DNA of 64,000 bases, from NCBI GenBank assembly GCA_965228855.1, contig CBDDIJ010000003.1:3584001-3648000 (forward strand), given 5' to 3'. The notes under the pieces were generated by a model that saw nothing but the letters and a program-made list of their open reading frames with translations, made no database searches and was not told the origin of the DNA. This document shows positions 38,663-48,379 of this stretch, in pieces; within the stretch, counting starts at the first letter, position 1; every line of letters starts with the position of its first letter. A program made the position numbers and the translations under genes. The DNA is from Candidatus Obscuribacterales bacterium. Its GTDB lineage: Bacteria > Cyanobacteriota > Vampirovibrionia > Obscuribacterales > Obscuribacteraceae.

Positions 38663-41600
38663 CTATTTTGCTTCGGGCAGCGCTTCCGGCGGACGAGCGT
38701 TCTTAATCGCCTGAATCATCTCTGCAAGCCGACTGCGACCGACATCAGAATTCAACACATCACCCATTCTCAAAAGGGTTAGTCCGTGATAGTAGCCGTT
38801 TTGATTACCCGGCAGATCGATGAAGCTGCGCATTCTGTCCCAGGAGGCGTGGTCGTGAAGGTTCCAGGACAGCGCGTTCTCTCCCTTGAGAGTCAAGCCC
38901 TGACGAACAGCTTCTTGCCCGACCCAGGTGGCAAGTGCGTATGGCATCGACTTCACGCCCGGTCCTTCGTGTCCATCCGCCATTTCCAGCGCAGTAAAGT
39001 GAGGAACCACGCGCGATTTCGAATCGGGACGCTGAACGTCTTTGAACATCTGCAACATTGGTCTGTAACCGCGACCCAGATCGTCGGACCACCAGTCGTT
39101 TCTGCTTGTGGTGATCAATCCGGCAGCCAACTCTGCAAGCCGGTCTCCCATAACTATGTTGTCACCCTGACGTTCTCCGACACGCCAGTGCACTCCCGGC
39201 ATCTTGGCACCAATATCGATACCACTAAACGGCGCGTCCTTCGCGCCAAAAACATCGAGCGCCGTGTTCAACACTTGTTTGCCGTGCTTTGTCAGTGATT
39301 CGTTATACCAATCAAAGAAGTCTTTACCGTATTGAGTATGATGATGTTTATCCTGACCGAAGAATTCGCCGGGATTTTTCGGAGGGGCGATGTTGTCCCC
39401 AAACTCAGCGCCCCAGGCTTCTTTTACTTTATCGGCACTGCCGTATTTCTTGACTGCAAAATCCTGGAAGGACTTCACGGCTGCCTCGGAATAAGATTGC
39501 AGAGCGCCGCGTGTCGGGTAGCCGCTATTTTGATCGTGGGAATTATATGATGGATAGCGGATCTCACCGGCCGGTCCTAGACTGACGTTGATTTCGGCGA
39601 TGTCGTTGCGCCGATTGGCAAAATGGTTTTGGAACGACTCCATAAGTGCCTTATAGCGTGGCAGAGCAAGATCCGTAGCCCAGGCAGAAACATATTCGGA
39701 ACTCTTGTTGCCTTGCTCACTCTGATATTTTGCATAGTCAGGATTGCTGGAACCGGCTTTGGAAGCCAGATGGCCCCATACCCAAAATGGAAGTGGTACG
39801 TAAACATCATCGCCCACGTTTCCACCGGCCTGGTGAAGAGACAGAATCGGAACCCATTTGAGACCGTGGCTCTTTATATGTTCGCTAAGTTGGTCGTAAT
39901 ACTTCCAATTGTACTCGCCGGGTTTCGGCTCAACCAAACCCCACCAGATATCGGTACTCACACCATCGACACCGACCTTCTTAGCGTTGGCCAGGTCTCG
40001 ATCGAAAGCTTCCCATGCGGCTTTAGTGTTCGGGTCGTTAGGATTCTCCATGTTGCCCACTGCCAGAGGTGCCATCACATTCATCGTGATTTCCGGACGG
40101 GCAAGTTTCGTCATCGTGCCGAGCGGCTTGTATGAAGCTGGATCGGCTTTGATAGTGTTGTCGGCGACCAGACGCATGCGGTTTGATTTCGAAGCGACAT
40201 CCAACCAGACAGCGCCGGTCGATTCCGGCAGCGCATGCATGCTTCTGAGTTCCGGACTCAGTCTTTCCGGGAAACAGTTGGCGATCAAACTCTTGCCGGG
40301 AATGAGTTTGACACCATTGTCATTGCGAGTCGGAACCTCATTGTGGAAAAGTTCCAGAGTTTTCTCCGGTCCCTTCTTCTCAAAGAAGAAGTACTTTTTC
40401 ACTTCACGAACGGTAGTCGAAGCTTCGCTCGTTTCTCCGTTTTGAAACCTTACGACCGGAAGCTTGTCACCAGTGATCTCATAGGTTTTCAGACCGGTAT
40501 TTTCTTTGAGTCCCGATGCCATCAAAGCATTCTTTGCTGTCGCGTCGAGATTATTCATGCGCTGCCCCATGCTCTTGTAGAACATCGGGTCGGAAGCCTT
40601 CGCACCAAAGCCGGCACCGAGCGCGCCCACTCCACCTTCCAGCCCAGCGTGTTTTAGAACCTTTCCGAGATCGAAATTCTCTCCGGCGGATTGCTGGCGA
40701 ATGATCTCGGAAGAGCCACCGTTGACCAGTCCGAAGGAACCGCCCATAGTCATGCTCGCAGCAAGCGGACTGCGCTTTAGAGCACCAGCCGTCATTTTGT
40801 TCGCGGCACCAAACATACCTTCAGCAGCTACGAATGTGGCAGCGTCGTATGCCATGAGAGCCGGATTGAGAGTTTCACGCTTCAATCGCTCAACCCCAGC
40901 ACCGGGATTGGTTATCATCTCGCGAGAGAAAGTCACCTCGACACCCCGACTGGCCATACCCATCGCCACGCCTTTTGCCGGAGCGAAACTCATGTTTCTC
41001 TGTGCTACGGTGAACAGTTGCCGCATGGCCGCACCTTTGGCACCGCCCAGAGCGAAATCCGCCGTTCCCGTCAGGAGGTCCGCATCGGTATGGACATTGT
41101 CGAGACCATAGAGCAATGCGGCACTGGCCATTCCTATCTTCGGAGTGGCGAACAAACTTGCGGTTTTTAGAAACTCTCCACTGTAGTGGTTAAACTGGTG
41201 GCGTGTCTCTTTGTCATCAATGATGTGCTTGCTGACTTTATCAAGACCAGCTTCAAGGAGAGTAGGAGCCGGTCCCGCAGGTGTGGAGTCAATCGCAGAA
41301 AAGTTTTTGACACCGTCCCTTACTATCGAATCATAGTTGAGCCGACCATCTTCACTAACATGAGAAGATGCGAGTTTGACCGAAAAGGCAAGTGGCGTTT
41401 CCGCTCCAGAGTTCCTCTTGAGCGCGTCGACCGAATGCAGGTGGCTGCCTCCAGAAGCCGGTTTCAACTCAACGGACTCTGTCGAATCGCTCTTCGCCGT
41501 TTGAGAAACAGAAGGTGATATTTCTGGTTGAGAACTACTAGAAGGCGACTTCGTGTCCTCCTTCGCAGCGCTCGGCGCCGGCTTCTCCTGACCAGGAGCC

Positions 41601-41707
41601 GACCACGCGGACGCAACTAAAATGTCAGAGGTAACCGTCGACCTGGCACCGAATGCATTATGTTCGGGCGGAGCAAAGTATCCCTGGTTGAGCATGGCGT
41701 CGGTCAT
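38663..41707 (-). CDS. Glycoside hydrolase family 14 (beta-amylase) with ~540-aa N-terminal extension
   Basis: C-terminal ~470 aa carry VMAPL, DIWWGLVE, HQAGGNVGD, LGPAGEIRYPSY, GAKMPGVHW, FTALEM and GENAL. Both catalytic Glu positions are present (E715, E943). Confidence 0.92.
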   Translation of the reverse strand: MTDAMLNQGYFAPPEHNAFGARSTVTSDILVASAWSAPGQEKPAPSAAKEDTKSPSSSSQPEISPSVSQTAKSDSTESVELKPASGGSHLHSVDALKRNSGAETPLAFSVKLASSHVSEDGRLNYDSIVRDGVKNFSAIDSTPAGPAPTLLEAGLDKVSKHIIDDKETRHQFNHYSGEFLKTASLFATPKIGMASAALLYGLDNVHTDADLLTGTADFALGGAKGAAMRQLFTVAQRNMSFAPAKGVAMGMASRGVEVTFSREMITNPGAGVERLKRETLNPALMAYDAATFVAAEGMFGAANKMTAGALKRSPLAASMTMGGSFGLVNGGSSEIIRQQSAGENFDLGKVLKHAGLEGGVGALGAGFGAKASDPMFYKSMGQRMNNLDATAKNALMASGLKENTGLKTYEITGDKLPVVRFQNGETSEASTTVREVKKYFFFEKKGPEKTLELFHNEVPTRNDNGVKLIPGKSLIANCFPERLSPELRSMHALPESTGAVWLDVASKSNRMRLVADNTIKADPASYKPLGTMTKLARPEITMNVMAPLAVGNMENPNDPNTKAAWEAFDRDLANAKKVGVDGVSTDIWWGLVEPKPGEYNWKYYDQLSEHIKSHGLKWVPILSLHQAGGNVGDDVYVPLPFWVWGHLASKAGSSNPDYAKYQSEQGNKSSEYVSAWATDLALPRYKALMESFQNHFANRRNDIAEINVSLGPAGEIRYPSYNSHDQNSGYPTRGALQSYSEAAVKSFQDFAVKKYGSADKVKEAWGAEFGDNIAPPKNPGEFFGQDKHHHTQYGKDFFDWYNESLTKHGKQVLNTALDVFGAKDAPFSGIDIGAKMPGVHWRVGERQGDNIVMGDRLAELAAGLITTSRNDWWSDDLGRGYRPMLQMFKDVQRPDSKSRVVPHFTALEMADGHEGPGVKSMPYALATWVGQEAVRQGLTLKGENALSWNLHDHASWDRMRSFIDLPGNQNGYYHGLTLLRMGDVLNSDVGRSRLAEMIQAIKNARPPEALPEAK

Positions 41708-42017
41708 AGACGCACCGCCAACAGTGCCATGTCATGCACTCTGCGGATTTCTATCGAACGTGCTAGTGAGCTGACACAGCAGGTTGAAGACATGAAACCC
41801 CACGCAAATTGGACCGGAAGGTCGGTTGAAACAAAGCCGCATAAAAACAGTGCGCAATGTGGGACCATGCGTCACTCGATGACGTGGAATGAATCGCCCG
41901 AACGACCTCGGGGACTCAGACACTTCTATATTTCGATTCGATGAACTGCGATGTTATAAAACTACATGTAGTTTCGCTTGTTCTCAATGGGAATTCCACC
42001 ACTACGGCAAGATTTAA

Positions 42018-43532
42018 TTAGCGATATTGGTCGTCCACGTTTGAAACAGTTTCCGCCAGCCGTTCTTCCTTGAGCATTTTTACCTGCCAGAGGTGGATGC
42101 TGAGATAGGCGACAAATGATAACGCAGTCGCAGTGAGAGAAAGTGACAAACCGATCTTGTCGAACGGCGGCACGACCTGTAGAAAGTGTTCCCAACCCAT
42201 CACATACTGAGGAACCCAAACGCCCATACCGACCGCGATCGATGCAATGGCCGGCAGCTCGTTTCTCGGTCGGGTGTACAGACCCATTGTGAGAGGGACG
42301 ATCAACGACACCATCGTGATCGAATAAGCGTTTTCCAGAAGTGCAAACGCCCCCTGACCGGAATAAGCCATTGCGAGGCTGGCCGATGCGATAAAGACCA
42401 CGCACCATCTATTAACAGTTAAACCGTTGGCGCGGTCTCTTAGCGCAGGAATCTTCAATATCAAATTTTGCGCGAGCACGGCGGCAGGTGAAAGTATGGC
42501 ACTGGTTATGGTGGCAAGCACAGCCGACATTATCACAACGACGAATATTACTGCCATGACCGGATGCATAAAAGCCTGTGCCAGAGCTGGAAGTACCGAC
42601 TCCTGGATTTTATCTTTATAGTATGCCGCCGCGACCAGACCGAGGAGGACGGGCAGCATTCCAAAGACAATGTAAGAAATACCGGCAAGTGTGCAAGCGC
42701 GTTGGGCGGTCTCCGCATTTTTCGATGCGAACACTCGCTGCATCAAATCTTGACCGGGTATGTTTCCGAGCGCTCCGGCAGCCAATATCGCGACCCAATC
42801 CCAAAAATGACTGGGCGTTTCCATCGGGATCCATTGCAATTTCGTGGGCGCTTCCTTTTCAATGGTGGTCATCACATTGAGAAATCCGGTAGTCGCATCG
42901 CCATGGCCGACACCGGTAAGAACATTGAAAGTCAGCACCACAAGCCCGATAAGCACGAGTGTGATTTGCACCGCGTCGGTGAGCGTCACCGCCCACATTC
43001 CACCCAAAAGAGTGTAGCCTGTACCAAACACAGCGATCGCGAGACAACCGATTTCGATCGGAAGGTGAAAAAACAGAGCGAACACTTGCGCAAGCGCTAC
43101 AAACTGAGCGGCGATCCAACCAAAGTAACTGGGAATCATCACAAGCGCCGAAATGGTTTCGACTCGCGGACCAAATCGCTGACGATAGAAATCACATAAC
43201 GTCAGAAGGTTCATCTTCCAGAGCGGTTTTGCAAAGAACAAGCCGGCAAGTATAAGACAGAGACCGGAACCCAGCGGATCAAGCGCGGCTCTCTGCAATC
43301 CCAATTTCGATACTTCCGTGCAAACGGTTAAAACAGTCCCCGCGCCGAACCAGGTAGCAAGCAATGTCGACCAGGCAAAAAACAGATTGAGGCTGCGCCC
43401 GGCAACAATGTAATCTTCAGTGTCCTCGACTTTGCGCGTGGCAACGACGCCGAGCACGATCATGGCAACCACATAGATGCCGATAGTAATGCCAAGAAGC
43501 GTGCGTAGTTCGTCGGAGACGGGTGGGTTCAT
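42018..43532 (-). CDS. Sodium:solute symporter (SLC5 family, high-affinity choline transporter-like)
   Basis: DYIVAGR, ATWFGAG, YTLLGGMWAVTLTDAVQ, GNIPGQDLMQRVFASK; about 13 TM. ATG 43532 preferred. Substrate unknown. Confidence 0.9.
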   Translation of the reverse strand: MNPPVSDELRTLLGITIGIYVVAMIVLGVVATRKVEDTEDYIVAGRSLNLFFAWSTLLATWFGAGTVLTVCTEVSKLGLQRAALDPLGSGLCLILAGLFFAKPLWKMNLLTLCDFYRQRFGPRVETISALVMIPSYFGWIAAQFVALAQVFALFFHLPIEIGCLAIAVFGTGYTLLGGMWAVTLTDAVQITLVLIGLVVLTFNVLTGVGHGDATTGFLNVMTTIEKEAPTKLQWIPMETPSHFWDWVAILAAGALGNIPGQDLMQRVFASKNAETAQRACTLAGISYIVFGMLPVLLGLVAAAYYKDKIQESVLPALAQAFMHPVMAVIFVVVIMSAVLATITSAILSPAAVLAQNLILKIPALRDRANGLTVNRWCVVFIASASLAMAYSGQGAFALLENAYSITMVSLIVPLTMGLYTRPRNELPAIASIAVGMGVWVPQYVMGWEHFLQVVPPFDKIGLSLSLTATALSFVAYLSIHLWQVKMLKEERLAETVSNVDDQYR

Positions 43533-43767
43533 CGCAGGAAAGAACGTTTCTGCCGATCGGGCTAACCGAAGTTTTCGAGGAATTAGGAGAAAGCCCGAAC
43601 TAAGATAGCGTAGTCTCAGTAGCAAAACTCTATTGACATCGCTGTTTTTTCTTCGATTCAAAAGAAGGCTCGGCGGTGCGGTTCGCGGTAGAATCTGAGG
43701 TGCTCGAGGTGTGCGCAGGCATGAATGACGGCTGTGCGAAACGCTCGACAAGTCAGGGAGTCCGGGC

Positions 43768-44397
43768 GTGAAGAAAAATGCGTTGAAAACGGCTTCAAAT
43801 GCCGCACTGATTTCGTTGCTGGCGCTTTCACTGCAATCAGCCCAGGCTCAGGACGTTTCATCCAGCGAAAATTCTTACGGCGGAAGCGATGAACTACGCG
43901 GACCGAAAAACAGCGCTCCGATAAGTGATAGCGCCGGTAGTGGCATGCAGCTGAAAGAGGTTCCTTCCGAAGGAAACAGTTCCGCGTCCGGCAACATGAA
44001 ATGGTTCGTCGATGCAATCGACTGCAAATGGACGATGCAGTTTATTAGCAGCAAACCGCAAGGCGAGAAGAAGGATTTCATTAACAAGGCAACCTACAAG
44101 GTTCTCGACGTTATCGAACTGCCGGCGCTCCCGGCACAAATGCTTACCGATGACATAATCGAGCTAGCTTTTCCCTGCGACAAAAAACGTAATCCTATTC
44201 GCCACAAAGATCCGCTTCCATGGGCAGAACTCAAAATGGACGGGATTGTCGAAGTCCACATGCCAAGCCGCTATTTGCGAAAGTTAGAAACCACTTCCGA
44301 GAAAAATATCTGGCAAATCGAAAACAAACACAATCGCTTTGAAGTAGTTAAGCCATACAACGGTCGTTGGCTCATTAAGAAGCCCGACCTGATTTAG
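43768..44397 (+). CDS. Secreted hypothetical protein
   Basis: Signal peptide ending AQA; GGAG RBS before GTG. Confidence 0.75.
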   Translation: MKKNALKTASNAALISLLALSLQSAQAQDVSSSENSYGGSDELRGPKNSAPISDSAGSGMQLKEVPSEGNSSASGNMKWFVDAIDCKWTMQFISSKPQGEKKDFINKATYKVLDVIELPALPAQMLTDDIIELAFPCDKKRNPIRHKDPLPWAELKMDGIVEVHMPSRYLRKLETTSEKNIWQIENKHNRFEVVKPYNGRWLIKKPDLI

Positions 44398-44486
44398 CCT
44401 CGCTACTCTTTGGCGGTGTGTCACAGAAAACTGACACCGGTTTCTTACATTCAGTGCAGCTCGCCGCGCACTGGAGAAAACATTCA

Positions 44487-45908
44487 ATGTCAGAAAAAGA
44501 TATGCCAAAGGCACACGCCGACAACGACCTTCAGCAACAGATTAATGATGGATTCAAATGGCTTAACAGCGCGGATCTCGAGGCGCAGACTGATGCAACT
44601 TTGAATGAGCGAGCATCAACTGTTCAAACAGCGATCGAACAAAATAAACACTTAGATTTTGATGCACAAACCGGCAACTTAAGCGTCTCGAACAAACCAG
44701 CGGAAGAGGGAGAGGTGCACAAACTAAACTCGGATATGCGCATTTATCTGGAACGTCTTGCTCTACCAATCAACGGGCGGATCAACCTGAGGAATTTGCT
44801 AGAGGGCGCAGGTGATGTCGTCGGTGTCGAAAAGGTTTTGTCCGAGGCCAGCGAGAAGAGTCGCGACCTGCCAACAGATTTGATTAAAAGACAGATTTCC
44901 AGCACGGTAGAGCTTTTGAAAACCCTGCCGAAGGAAGCAAACAGAGAGGCATACGAAGAACACCTGAGGTTTCTTGCCGATCCGGACAGCGGTCTTTTGA
45001 CTCTAAGCGATCAAGTACAAAAGATAGAGATGCAGCACTACACGGGTGCAGCACCGGTAATCGCTTTTGATGATAAAGGCTCGATCAGCGGAGTTGTGGA
45101 CATGCGATTCGGCGCCGGTCAACGGTTCGACCCGGAAAAAGCTTTCGAGATCGCACAGAAAATCAGAGAGCAGGCCATAAAGACCTGGGGGAAAGACCCT
45201 CTCACAAGCGGCGACAAAGAGGGCAGTCAATTCTTCCCAAGCCAATATTCGACACTCGATTTCGATAAGAATAACATCTACGCGGTAGCCGAACAGCTGT
45301 CAGGACGCCGCTTTCAAGGAATTGAAAAACTCGATGCATCGGAATTTGCCAAGATGAGCCTGTCGCTATTCAACGGACTGGACACGAATGGCGATAAAGT
45401 AGTTGATGAGAGGGAACTGCACGAAAAGCTCAGACAGCGGAATTTGCCTGTTCTTGAGAAACAAGCGGTCAGCACGATGATCGACGTCCTGCCGACACTC
45501 CAGACGATGGACAGAGCAGGCTCGAGCAGAGGTTTGGCAAGAGAAGATCTGCAGGCGTTTCTAAAAGTCAGTGAGGAAACATCAGAGCGTTTGGAAAAAA
45601 TTAAAGACGCTCGCAATATACTCCTGTTTAATAATACCTTCGGCGCGGCTGACGCGAACGGTAACGGGAATATGACCTCGACGGAACTGAAACGCTTCAT
45701 CAAGCACCAGAATCCCAATCTTTCCAACCGTGAGCTCCAGTCCTTCAGCAGCCTCCAGAACGAGTATTCGAACATTTCGAAGTCGTGGTGGGGAATGACG
45801 AAGTCGGACCTGGTCGATTTGAGGCCTGCTAGTGTCAAAAGTGTCGAGTCGAGCCTGTGGAAAAACTACTACGACTCGCGGGCAGCTGAGCACCAAACTC
45901 AAAGGTAA
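44487..45908 (+). CDS. EF-hand-containing hypothetical protein
   Basis: EF-hand loops DTNGDKVVDERE and DANGNGNMTSTE; GGAG upstream of ATG 44487; no signal peptide. Confidence 0.8.
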   Translation: MSEKDMPKAHADNDLQQQINDGFKWLNSADLEAQTDATLNERASTVQTAIEQNKHLDFDAQTGNLSVSNKPAEEGEVHKLNSDMRIYLERLALPINGRINLRNLLEGAGDVVGVEKVLSEASEKSRDLPTDLIKRQISSTVELLKTLPKEANREAYEEHLRFLADPDSGLLTLSDQVQKIEMQHYTGAAPVIAFDDKGSISGVVDMRFGAGQRFDPEKAFEIAQKIREQAIKTWGKDPLTSGDKEGSQFFPSQYSTLDFDKNNIYAVAEQLSGRRFQGIEKLDASEFAKMSLSLFNGLDTNGDKVVDERELHEKLRQRNLPVLEKQAVSTMIDVLPTLQTMDRAGSSRGLAREDLQAFLKVSEETSERLEKIKDARNILLFNNTFGAADANGNGNMTSTELKRFIKHQNPNLSNRELQSFSSLQNEYSNISKSWWGMTKSDLVDLRPASVKSVESSLWKNYYDSRAAEHQTQR

Positions 45909-45925
45909 CCGCGAAAAGGAACCTC

Positions 45926-47428
45926 ATGACACGACAATTTAATGCGATCGCCGTAAGCATCGCGACCGCGCTGTGTTTGTCAGCTGACGGAGCGCAGGCG
46001 CAAACTGCAGGCGACGCACAGAATAGTCTCACCCCGAACAATATGCAGGCGGGAAACGGTTCCAATTTATCCGCGCAAACATCAGCAGTGGCAAACATGC
46101 CGACCAGCGAAGGCGAAAGAGCGCTTGACCTGGGCGAATACACACGAGCCGAACAGCTGTTTCAAGCAGATTTAAAACGAGCAGCCAAGGATGATCCGAA
46201 CCGGGCGTACTATCAAACCGGGCTCTGCGAGGCGATAATAAATCAGGGACGTTTCGCCGAAGCGGCAAAAGAATATAAGTCTGCGCAAAAACTGGTCGAA
46301 GCACAAAGCAGCAAGAGTGAACTCACGGCACGACTGTACGATGGCCTATCCTGGCTGGCACACGGTCAGGGGAAACTCGACGAAGCAGTGACCTGGGCAA
46401 AAAAGGCGGTCGATACGCGGAAAGCGCTGGGAGCCGGCGCCTCTTCATTGATGATGGTGAGCACCCTCACGCATCTCGGTCAGCTCAGCGAAAGTCTCGG
46501 ACAGTTACAGGGCGCGGCTCAGTACTATAGCGAAGCGCTCACCCTGCAGGATCAGCAGTTCGGTCCGGGCACACTGGTAGCTGCCGATCTCCAGGAAGCT
46601 ATAGGAAGCATCTACCGCCGCTTAGGTGAAACAGCCAAAGCGAAACAGTATTTCCAGACCGCCCTGCAAATCAAGTTGGCACGTCAGGCGGTTCTTGCAC
46701 CATATACTCCGCACGCTTACTGGGAAACAGTGACTTTGCCTTTTATAGAAGGCTCTCCGAATTGCATGCGGAAATTCGAAGGCGGAGCGCCTCAACTCCT
46801 TATCACCGGCAATGGTGTCACTGTCGCAGCGTCGTTGAAACCTGTTGAGGCTACCAAGACAACGCAAGTAAACATCATAATCCACAACGACAGCGATAAA
46901 GAGATTCAACTGCTCCCGATACCGCCGTCGTTGACAATGACACAGCCAAAGATAATGATGGCACCACAAGTGGACCCGAGCAAGCTCGCCACGTCTGTAG
47001 AGAAGAAGGGCGACCGTAAGGCAGCCTGGATTCGATTCTGGGGTTCGCAAGCCACTCAGACAATGACCAGCACATGCATCGGTCAACCCGGTTTCTTCGG
47101 CTACCCGCCGGTTTACGGAACCTCGATGTACAACAACGGAATGGGCTACAGCGGCTGGGCGAATCGTTCCGGCAACATGTCCATCATGACTCAAAACGTT
47201 CCGGATTACGCAGCCCAGGCAAGAGCGCTCGCCCGAGCCGCAGATGTTTCCGATCAGGCGCATCAAAAGGGCAGTACAATCAAGACCACCGGCCTTGGTC
47301 CGACGCAAATTCCGGCAAATCAGACACTTTCGGGCTCTCTATATTTCGATGCTCCCAAAATGACTGAATCAGTGGTTCGCATTCCAATCGGCAACGCGGT
47401 TTACGAATTTGTGTTTCCACCAAAATAG
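45926..47428 (+). CDS. Secreted TPR protein with C-terminal beta domain
   Basis: Signal peptide ending AQA; TPR units (QGKLDEAVTWAKKAV, LGQLQGAAQYYSEAL). Confidence 0.85.
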   Translation: MTRQFNAIAVSIATALCLSADGAQAQTAGDAQNSLTPNNMQAGNGSNLSAQTSAVANMPTSEGERALDLGEYTRAEQLFQADLKRAAKDDPNRAYYQTGLCEAIINQGRFAEAAKEYKSAQKLVEAQSSKSELTARLYDGLSWLAHGQGKLDEAVTWAKKAVDTRKALGAGASSLMMVSTLTHLGQLSESLGQLQGAAQYYSEALTLQDQQFGPGTLVAADLQEAIGSIYRRLGETAKAKQYFQTALQIKLARQAVLAPYTPHAYWETVTLPFIEGSPNCMRKFEGGAPQLLITGNGVTVAASLKPVEATKTTQVNIIIHNDSDKEIQLLPIPPSLTMTQPKIMMAPQVDPSKLATSVEKKGDRKAAWIRFWGSQATQTMTSTCIGQPGFFGYPPVYGTSMYNNGMGYSGWANRSGNMSIMTQNVPDYAAQARALARAADVSDQAHQKGSTIKTTGLGPTQIPANQTLSGSLYFDAPKMTESVVRIPIGNAVYEFVFPPK

Positions 47429-47488
47429 CCGGTTAAGAGCTGTTCAATTAATCAAGACACTAAACTAGAACGACTACTGGAGGTCCAG

Positions 47489-48379
47489 GTGCGCAGAAGT
47501 AGAATTACATTCCGGTCCACATCAATGGCTCTAGCCGTGTGTGCGGCACTACTTGCGGTGCCTGGCGCCAGGGCCGAAACCGATGCAGCTCAAAACGATA
47601 AGCCCATAATCGGAATCAATATGGACGTGCAAGCAGGCAGTCCCGAAACCTTTCGGATTTTACCGGATTACGTAAATGCCATCACCAAATCCGGTGGCAT
47701 TCCAATCGTGATCCCGCCGATGCCGGAGCAGGAATGCGCAGAATTAGTTTCACGACTTGACGGCGTAATGATGATCGGCGGCAATGACTATCCGCCGGCG
47801 CTATACAAACAAGAAGCTCACAAGACCAGCGTCCCTATGGTTGAGACCAGGTCGAACTTCGACATGCTGCTCGTCAAAGAAGTTTTGAAAGACGGAAAAA
47901 TTCCTTTCCTCGGCATTTGCGCCGGCTGCCAGGCTCTGAACATTGGGTCCGGCGGAAGTCTGGTTCAAGACATCCCGTCACACTACAAAGACTCGAAAGT
48001 TCAGCACGCCAGTCCGAAAGGGTGGCAAGAGGGATTCAATAAGCACGTGGTGAAACCTGAAGAAGGTACGAAAATATCGAAGATCATCGGTCAGGGTGGA
48101 CTGAAGGTCGTCACTTCGCACCATCAGTGCGTAGACAAGGTTGGAGAAGGATTGCGCGTCGCAGCGCGCACCGATGATGGTGTCATCGAATCGGTGGAAG
48201 CGAAAGACAAAGACTTTGTGGTCGGAGTGCAGTGGCATCCGGAACGCGACTTTGAAACTAATCAGAAGCTCTTCCAAGAGTTCATCCGGCAAGGACAGCG
48301 TCGAAAGGCTGCACGCAGCGCTGAACAAGTTTCACAGAGCACGAAAGAAGATTCTACGTCACGCGCCAAACTTCAATAG
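47489..48379 (+). CDS. Peptidase C26 (gamma-glutamyl-gamma-aminobutyrate hydrolase/PuuD family) with signal peptide
   Basis: KPIIGI, PFLGICAGCQ (nucleophile Cys), TSHHQ and GVQWHPE motifs. Confidence 0.9.
   Translation: MRRSRITFRSTSMALAVCAALLAVPGARAETDAAQNDKPIIGINMDVQAGSPETFRILPDYVNAITKSGGIPIVIPPMPEQECAELVSRLDGVMMIGGNDYPPALYKQEAHKTSVPMVETRSNFDMLLVKEVLKDGKIPFLGICAGCQALNIGSGGSLVQDIPSHYKDSKVQHASPKGWQEGFNKHVVKPEEGTKISKIIGQGGLKVVTSHHQCVDKVGEGLRVAARTDDGVIESVEAKDKDFVVGVQWHPERDFETNQKLFQEFIRQGQRRKAARSAEQVSQSTKEDSTSRAKLQ

Noticed and set aside
41660..41944. Small ORFs in the GH14-symporter intergenic region
   Set aside because: Weak RBS, no recognisable composition or motif, and overlap with the probable promoter.
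43533..43751. N-terminal extension of the symporter ORF
   Set aside because: It occupies the divergent promoter region, and the family-like sequence begins at ATG 43532.
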